A stretch of 64,000 nucleotides of DNA from Octopus vulgaris. Lineage: Eukaryota. The position numbers were made by a program, and so were the translations under genes. The notes beneath the pieces were generated by a model. That model was not told where the DNA came from and ran no database searches. It worked only from the letters and a program-made list of their open reading frames with translations. How positions within the stretch are numbered: position 1 is the stretch's first letter; the number at the start of each line of letters is the position of its first letter. This document shows, piece after piece, positions 56,131 to 64,000 of the stretch. The stretch lies in assembly GCA_951406725.2 (NCBI GenBank), contig OX597814.1:222642001-222706000 (forward strand), in the 5' to 3' direction.

Positions 56131-56654
56131 TGTATGTATGTATGTATGCATGTATATATATATGTATATATATGTGTGTGTGTCTGTGTGTCTGGGTTTG
56201 TATATATATGTATAAATATATATATATATACACGCATATTGTGTATTTATGTGTGTGTGTGAGTGTATATGTATATATATACATGAGAGTGAGGGTGAAA
56301 GTGTGTGTGTATGTGCGTGTGTGTGTGGACAAACACACACGAACACGCGTAAGTTGAGCGTCTTCATTTAACTTTCTTGAAGTAACTGAAACATAAAACC
56401 AGTTGAAACATCAATTGTAGCGATATGTCTACGAGATTGCCAACGAATGTCAGAAATCTTTTAAAGCAATAATATTTCTATGCAAAGACTATAAGGCATT
56501 GAAGATCCTACTGAAACAATAATGTAAGGGATATCGGGGGCTACTTGAGATATCTATCGTTTTGAAATGTAGCCGGTGAGTATTGATATGCCAGCAAGAT
56601 AAGATAATCATTGAAGAATATATTGTATTTATATATATCTATATATATATATAC

Positions 56655-56695
<41 letters not shown>

Positions 56696-56704
56696 GATAG
56701 ATAT

Positions 56705-56750
<46 letters not shown>

Positions 56751-57054
56751 GCATGTATATATGTATGCACATGTGTGTATATATGTCTACTGTGTACAGA
56801 CACACGGGCGTGATTTTGTAAGTATATGTGTAATTTGTCTGTGAAGTATTGTTTGTAGCCAGCCTAGCATGGTGAGCATAATATATTATTTACTGATCTT
56901 ATATGGTCCGTTGCTATTTATTTGTATTTTATTACCGGTCCTTACTTAATTTGACTTGCTCGTCGTGTGATGAGCAGTATCTAATGTCATAAATCCGTCT
57001 GCTTTTTTATTTCTTCAGAACACGTACGGGAGTGTAAGCTAACACGCATATCAT

Positions 57055-57101
<47 letters not shown>

Positions 57102-57186
57102 TGAGTGAATGAGTGAGTGAGTGTGTGTGTATGCGTTGATATAGATGTATACTGATTTACTTTTCTATATATTATATGTATATATA

Positions 57187-57218
<32 letters not shown>

Positions 57219-57302
57219 CATGCTTATGTAAATGTGTATATATATATACATATCTACATATATATATATATATATGCACATGTCTATACACAAATATATG
57301 TG

Positions 57303-57385
<83 letters not shown>

Positions 57386-57750
57386 ATATATGTACATACA
57401 TATTGAAAGAGTGAGAGTGTGTGTGTGAGAGAGCGTTAAAATAGAGTGAGAGAGAGAAAGCGAAAGTGGGCTAGATTCAGATTGTCCTTTGTCTTAAATA
57501 CAGTTCTTTCTTTTATATTAATGTAGTCTAGTTATTCTTTTAAGCCTATATTTCCCTGCTTAACAATGTTTCAGATCTGTCTCTTCAAGGATGTTAATGT
57601 CATTCGACTGTGGTTTTTCCCTCCTATTTATTCCCTTTTTACGTTTGATTGTTTGGTTATGCTGAATATTTAACTTGAAGAGCATGAATTACAATGTCAT
57701 ACGCACGTGTTGTGCGAGTAGATACTATTGATATAGTAATAATGTACATA

Positions 57751-58110
57751 GGCGCAGGTGTGGCTGTATGCTAAATAGCTTCCTTACCAAACACATGGCT
57801 CCGGGCTCGGTCCCACTGCGTGGCACCTTCGGCAAGTGTCTTCTAATATAGCCTCGGACTGACCAAAGAAGACTGAAAGAAGCTCGTCGTATATATGTGT
57901 GTGTGGGGGGGGGGGGTCTGTCCCCCCACCATCGCTTCACAACCGATGTTGGCGTATTCACGACCCCGTAACGTAGCGGTTCGGCAAAAGAGACCGATAG
58001 AATAACTACTAGGCTTACAAAGAATAAGTACCGTTGTCGATTTGTTCGACTAAAGGTGGTGCTCCAGCATGGCCGCAGTCAAATGACTGAAACAACAGAA
58101 TAAATAAGAA
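57751..58110 (+). mobile_element. SINE family A, older copy with small internal deletion
   Basis: Head GGCGCAGGTGTGGCTG, body and tail homologous to other copies. Confidence 0.88.
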
Positions 58111-58148
58111 CATTACAATCATCATGATCACTGTCATTATAATCATTT

Positions 58149-59320
58149 CTGAGTAAGAGAGCAGCACACGCCATCACAGTGATGCTGGGTTTCAAATATA
58201 CAAAGCCATATATACCCATCTTGACTACCTGTCGAATAAGGGTACAAAAGGTATACGCTTCACAACTAAATATATGTCAAATAGCGACCTTATCTGAATT
58301 TGTTTCTCGAATTTTTTCTTGCCACTTCGGTTATTTAGGAGTCTTTGTCACTCTCTTTTTTAATATTATGGAACCTATTTTGGGGTAGACTGTAGCAGCA
58401 GCACACAGTACCTCATTCAAGGATGATATTTTGTTCGTTTCTCTTCATGATATATTTGAAGACCGTATTCACCTGGAAGATTATTTTGTCATTTTTTTTT
58501 TTACTATAGTGAACTTAAGGAAGATCACTACATTCCTTGATAACGATATTCTGGGGTTTGATTCATTCAGCGTTTATTTCTTCTTACAGATGTCTTCTTT
58601 TGTTATCACCATTAATTTTCTCTAAATTTTCGGTAGGTGCTTTAGCATGTTTATCTGCAATAGTCTGATCACCAGGAAGAGTGCTTAGGTCGTGTGTGTC
58701 GTGCTGTATACTTCTTCCTATGAAAATATTTCTTCTAACACTCTGACAGTTTTTGTAATTTGCGGGTTGATATCGCTGGGTCGTTCTTTAGATATAATTT
58801 TACATTTTCTATTATTTTGTCAATCTCAATGTCGCTTAATAATTTCCGTTTTATAAAATGTCTTCCTTCATTTGTAAACTTGTTGTCAGTATTCAGCCTT
58901 ATTTTAGGATCCGTTTGTCTCCAGATTCTATAAATATTACTTCAGTGTTTGAGACGTCTCTTGCCTGATGTATGACGGTCTGCTAACACTCAATAACCTG
59001 TCTATAATCGCGCCTGGACCATTTCTGTTTTGTCGATTTCAGTGTTGGCTGCAGATGTTGGGCATGAAAGGCTTTGCAAAGGACTTGTGTTCTTGTGAGA
59101 GGCCTTCACACATATATTACTGAGGAGTATAGAACCAGTAACAAACTTTTCACGCCCTTACAACGTTTGCTCAGGGTGGCACTACCCTTGTTCACCTGGA
59201 CCACATCCGATCCGGCATAGATTCTACGTTGCTGAGTTTTGGCTTGCTGCCATTAAAGTTGTTTAGAGTTACCTTTTGGACAGAACACCGCTTCCGCATT
59301 CTTTGAATGGATATGTTTCT
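58149..59320 (-). mobile_element. Decayed R4/Dong-like N-terminal region joined to the 48199-type repeat
   Basis: Minus frame ~58815-58925 WRQTDPKIRLNTDNKFTNEGRHFIKRKLLSDIEIDKI resembles the R4/Dong N-terminal (Myb-like) motif; 58149-58290 matches the left part of 48199-48533. Confidence 0.5.
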
Positions 59321-60273
59321 CACATGGTACTCGCATGAGGCTTACAGAACGAAATTCAATTTTGTTTTCTTTAGTAGATGTATATCCGGAAGTGGCAGTT
59401 TTGTGGTAATCTAAACAAATATTGACTGCTTTGGGGTTTGCTTCTGTAAAGTCGCTTCGTTGTAGCTCTGATTTGCTTGTGACTGTGTGACTATGTGTGT
59501 GTGTGTGTGTACGCCAGTGTGTGTGTGTGTGTATGTACGCCAGTGCGTGTGTGTGTGTCTGTGCGTGGAGTAAGTATTATTTATGTTGTTTATAAACATT
59601 AACATGTATGCATAAACGGTTACGTAAGTAATTACCTACTTACTGTGAACATAACGGTTTTTCTCCCTTTTCTCCCAGAGGCTCCCGATGTTGATTTCGG
59701 TTATTCGCACGTATCTCTCTAAGGTGTACATAGAATAAACTATGCTCTATCTAATCTCACAATTATCTTTTTTTAATTGATTTGCTTTAAAGGAATATGT
59801 ATTGCCAACATTACTATGCATTTCGCCTCTATAAAAACCAGAGCATCCCGATGAGGGCGTAGATTCGAGGTGAGTGGCCCCGACCACTGTAATACACCGG
59901 CGTGCGACCTGAGAGCGTGACCGCAGCGGAGGGGTCGTCTAACCTAATTTGTTTTTTGGAGAGGAAATCTAGGTGTACCGCCATGTTCTTATTTAGCAAG
60001 TACTTACTACTACTACTACTACTACTACTATTACTGTTGTTGTTGTTGTTGTTGTTAAATTGGCAAGGTCAGCTGGTGGACAAAAATGCAGGGCGCCATA
60101 TTCTGCGGCTTATGTGATTATTCCAATAAATAAATTTTACAGCTTAGGCGTATCAATTGTTTTGATCAGAAATATCTAACGAGTAATATTAAGGAAGACA
60201 GCATTTCTGTACACTAAGTCTTACATATATATATATAACCACTGGGCCATTGCGCCTCCACACACACACCCAC

Positions 60274-60365
<92 letters not shown>

Positions 60366-60407
60366 GTATATATATATATATATATTTATGTATATATATA
60401 TATATAT

Positions 60408-60735
60408 AACAATTGCAGCGTGGGAGGTGTTTATAAGCCATTTAAGAAACACACAAAAGCCGTTCGATTCACTCCAACATTTAAGTTTAATTTGTCAAAA
60501 TATTTTCGTCGCTAAAATCCGCGACCTGTTCACTGACAAGTCCGGACTTTGTCAGTGAACAGGTCGCGGATTTTAGCGACGAAAATATTTTGACAAATTA
60601 AACTTAAATGTTGGAGTGAATCGAACGGCTTTTGTGTGTTTCTTAAATGGCTTATAAACACCTCCCACGCTGCAATTGTTTTCGTTTCAGCACACGATCT
60701 CAGATCAAATTACTTGCTATGCGAGTACATCTCCC
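60408..60735 (+). mobile_element. Near-perfect 273-bp fold-back (60408-60680) plus 55-bp tail, inserted in (TA)n; PLE pLTR-like
   Basis: Arms of 136/137 bp centred on TCC|GGA (60543/60544) with a single 1-nt indel near the centre. Confidence 0.88.
60548..60597 (+). ncRNA. Minimal hammerhead motif, G3:C8 compensatory variant (mirror copy on minus in the left arm)
   Basis: TTTGTCA-GTGAACA-G-GTCGC-ggatttta-GCGAC-GAAA-ATAT-TT-TGACAAA: 7-bp stem I, 5-bp stem II, palindromic AATATT stem III. Confidence 0.78.
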
Positions 60736-60835
<100 letters not shown>

Positions 60836-61314
60836 CATACATACACACACACACGCGCGCTTTTCTCGCCGGTTTAAGTGTTCGTTTCTCTTTTTGTCTT
60901 CTGCAATTTCATTTTGGGATCTTCCATATATATGAAGAATTTTCCTCCGTCTAGCTATTTTTCTCTCTACAAAACGGAAAGTTGCATTATGGAAGAGTCA
61001 TTTTCACGAGATTTAAAAAAAATTTTTTATCACCCGACGAGAATCGTCTGCACCATCGGATATTCCTGAACCAGTTTTTATGTATCCCATGTATCCCACA
61101 AGAGGGGTCGATGTTACATGTGTCGAAACAATTGTTGTTATTTGCAATATATTCTCGTATATTCCATTCATACGTTTTGGGATCACTACTACTTTATTAT
61201 CTCCCCTTCTTCCTCGCTCTCCTCTCTGACCACTTCCGTCCAGCCAGCTGCAGTGATCGACCGCTAGCCACTAAAGCGTCTTTTTATTCTCTCTCTGTTT
61301 ATTTTCTCGTGTTC

Positions 61315-61350
61315 CTTTCTGTTGAAGAGCGTAGGCTCGAAACGTTAAAG
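61315..61350 (+). ncRNA. Minimal hammerhead-like motif (A6U) in pLTR-like insert ~61255-61425
   Basis: CTTT-CTGTTGA-A-GAGC-GTAG-GCTC-GAAA-CG-TT-AAAG. Confidence 0.68.
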
Positions 61351-63499
61351 ACTTTCTCACTCTCCCTGTTTGTTGTTTATAGACTTGTCTTCGTCTTTTT
61401 TCTTTTTTTTTTGTAAATTACAACTATATATATGTGTGTGTGTGTTTGTGTACGTATATATGTATGTATGGATGGATGTATATATGTATGTATGTTTCAT
61501 GAATGTATATACGTATGTAGTGTAACACAAAGATGAACACAGATCTAAATTATTAATTTCTAGCGCAGTTATTTGGAACACAGTAATGGATGTTCCGAGC
61601 GCATTTGGATGCCTAACCGCAATGTAATATCAGCGATCTAATATCACCAGACACATGGTGATGTAATTTATAAGCATTTAAAGAAGGAAGTCAAAAGAAA
61701 GCAAGACGTGGAGAGAAAGAAAAGAATACGTGAAGCAATAACTCATCCAGCGATATCTAGATATTTAGCTGTACACACACTAACACCCACCCACATATAC
61801 ACACAATATATATGTATATGTATAAATATACATGTTTATATATATATACCTCACTCAGATTTACTATTGCTTATGTATACACGTATATATATGTGTGTGT
61901 GTGTATATATGAATGTATTAATGTATGTATCCATGTATATGTATATATGTGTATGTATGGTAAATATATATTATACCTGTATGTGTGCATATATATATAC
62001 ATATATATATATATACCGCACTGTGTACAGATGGCAATATGTATGCGTGCATCTATACACACACACTCATGTATGTGTATGTGTCTGTGTTGTATGTGTG
62101 TGTGCGTGAGTGCGTGTGTATTTTGATGCAGATATGATTCACCATGTTTCCTGAAATTTCCAAACACTGCAAATAGCAGTCTCAGATTCGAATATTGCCG
62201 AATAGTTGCAATCACTATGAATGTAATACGAGTGACATCTGCAAAACTTGCTTACTCGATTTCAGGCTACAGCGATTGCATTTCACTAGAAATCATCTCC
62301 GTTTTTTTTCAAATGAAATACTTTATCATTATTTCATATCAACATAACAGCGTTATATGCATATGTGTTTAGCACTTCGGATCAAGAAATAATTTCTTCT
62401 TATCTCCATTATTCATACTCACATATCAGATTCCTACAGTTCAAGAGGTACACGTAATTCAAAAACGAAACTGTTATTTACTCTCAATCGAAAGAATTTA
62501 AATTTTCCCTCATTGTAATACTAAATCTTGAATGCAAGGAATATGCAATTGACGCTGACTGTATTTGATAGAACGAGTTAAAAACTGAAATATTCGATTA
62601 ATTTTAAATTGTTGTTCTATTACTTGAGATTGTCTTTACGAATGGAATAAGATTATTTGTTGGTATTTTGAGAATAAAATAAAACAAAATTCTCTAGATA
62701 CGTTAATACATATGAAATGAATGAGTAACTGGAAGGAGCTTTATAACTGCGATGCTACAGAATTATAATTTGTCCAATTAAAAATGAAAATATCAATATA
62801 GCTTTTGTATTCTCTTCGGCGCTAATATTCTGAATATTTATGCATATGAATATAAAATTCTAGGTTTATTCCCAATGTTTTTCGTCTGTTATATTCGGTT
62901 TTGTCCATAAAAATACAAAGTGCATTAATTTCATATTCCTTATGGCGTCAAGTTAATAATGTCAAGGAAAACATCCAATGATAAATATTTATTTATTTGC
63001 TTATTTGCTCTTACATCACTGTTCTGATCTGCAATTCACTCACTTCTTTATATAGTCAGTACTTTCTTCATACTGAATTCAATCTTAACATGATACATTA
63101 CAAAATATATTGGTATTCTTTAAAATTTCAACCCTCCATTATTTCTATACTACTATGTATAATAAATCTGTTTTATTTTGTATATTATTGCAAGCAGACG
63201 GTGAACGTCAGCGTACAAAATTAGGATATCTTAGCTGAGAAACCTGCAATTTATTCAAAGGGCCACTGATAAACATATCATTTGCTACAGCATAGGTTTC
63301 TCATCTAGAAGCATTACAGTTATAACGGCTATGCTCTTCTCTTAACGTTAATTTAATAGCATCAAGACACTGACCAGGATTTATAAAACAGGCAGGATAG
63401 GATTGTATACCGTTAATGATATTGATTTCTTACACTGGTAATATCAATGACTAAAGGAATCGTATTGTACATATCATGTTGAATATTTTTCCAGAGAAA

Positions 63500-63670
63500 T
63501 GCAAATATGCATCGAGCATTTGTTCCAGTTCTCTGCATTCTGAGTTCAAACCCTGTCCAGCTCCACGTTGTTTTATGTTTTCGTCGTCGATAAAACCAGA
63601 TGCAGTTCAACACAGTGAAATGGTGTGATTGTTACAAGGTCGGACGAAATCCTTGTGCCTTGAGTTCTTA
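63500..63670 (+). mobile_element. Very old SINE family C copy
   Basis: TTCTGAGTTCAAA..GTCGATAAAACCAG. Confidence 0.4.
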
Positions 63671-64000
63671 AAAAGAATTTTTTATTCTTCACATGATTTG
63701 ACACCACCACCTGATTCATAGGTGTCTTTAGAAGGAATCACTCTTTCCGAAGCATTTAGAACAAGCCGTCTGTCTTAGGATAAGTTCTTTATCTCACCAA
63801 TCATGAATATAAGAGACCTTGAATATAAAAGGTCGTAAGCACTGTACGACAATAGGGCACAAAGCAAGAGTATTTTTAGGAAAATTACGATAGATTTATA
63901 ATAAATGCATTAAATATGATTACTTATAATATAAAGAAAATAGATCTGTGTCAAGTGAACACGAAAGAGTAAATTGTTCTTCCAAAATGTAATTTAAAAA

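Noticed and set aside
59840-59895. CCGATGA-GGGC..GCCC hammerhead-like motif
   Set aside because: GAAA and stem I are missing.

Overview
AT-rich, microsatellite-saturated eukaryotic DNA with no recognisable host exon, so intergenic or a large intron. The SINE repertoire suggests an octopus/cephalopod (inference, not a database result). Nearly all ORFs in the track are translations of (TA)n, (CA)n, (AAT)n or (CTT)n. The real content is decayed mobile DNA: tRNA-derived SINEs of at least three families, two mariner and two Tc1-like transposons, a maT-like relic, a non-autonomous Helitron, R4/Dong, RTE and CR1/L2-type LINE fragments, and several Penelope-like elements (PLEs). The most striking signal is a dense set of roughly ten loci carrying minimal type-I hammerhead-ribozyme (HHR) motifs from unrelated PLE-like families. 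One has a canonical core; others carry compensatory (G3:C8, A3:U8) or family-fixed (A6U) core variants. Four sit in short head-to-head fold-back palindromes (about 220-400 bp, arms from perfect to clearly diverged) next to dinucleotide microsatellites. A 1.75-kb RT + GIY-YIG PLE with inverted HHR-bearing termini shows the same architecture. All alignments and folds were read by eye; coordinates of decayed elements are approximate.
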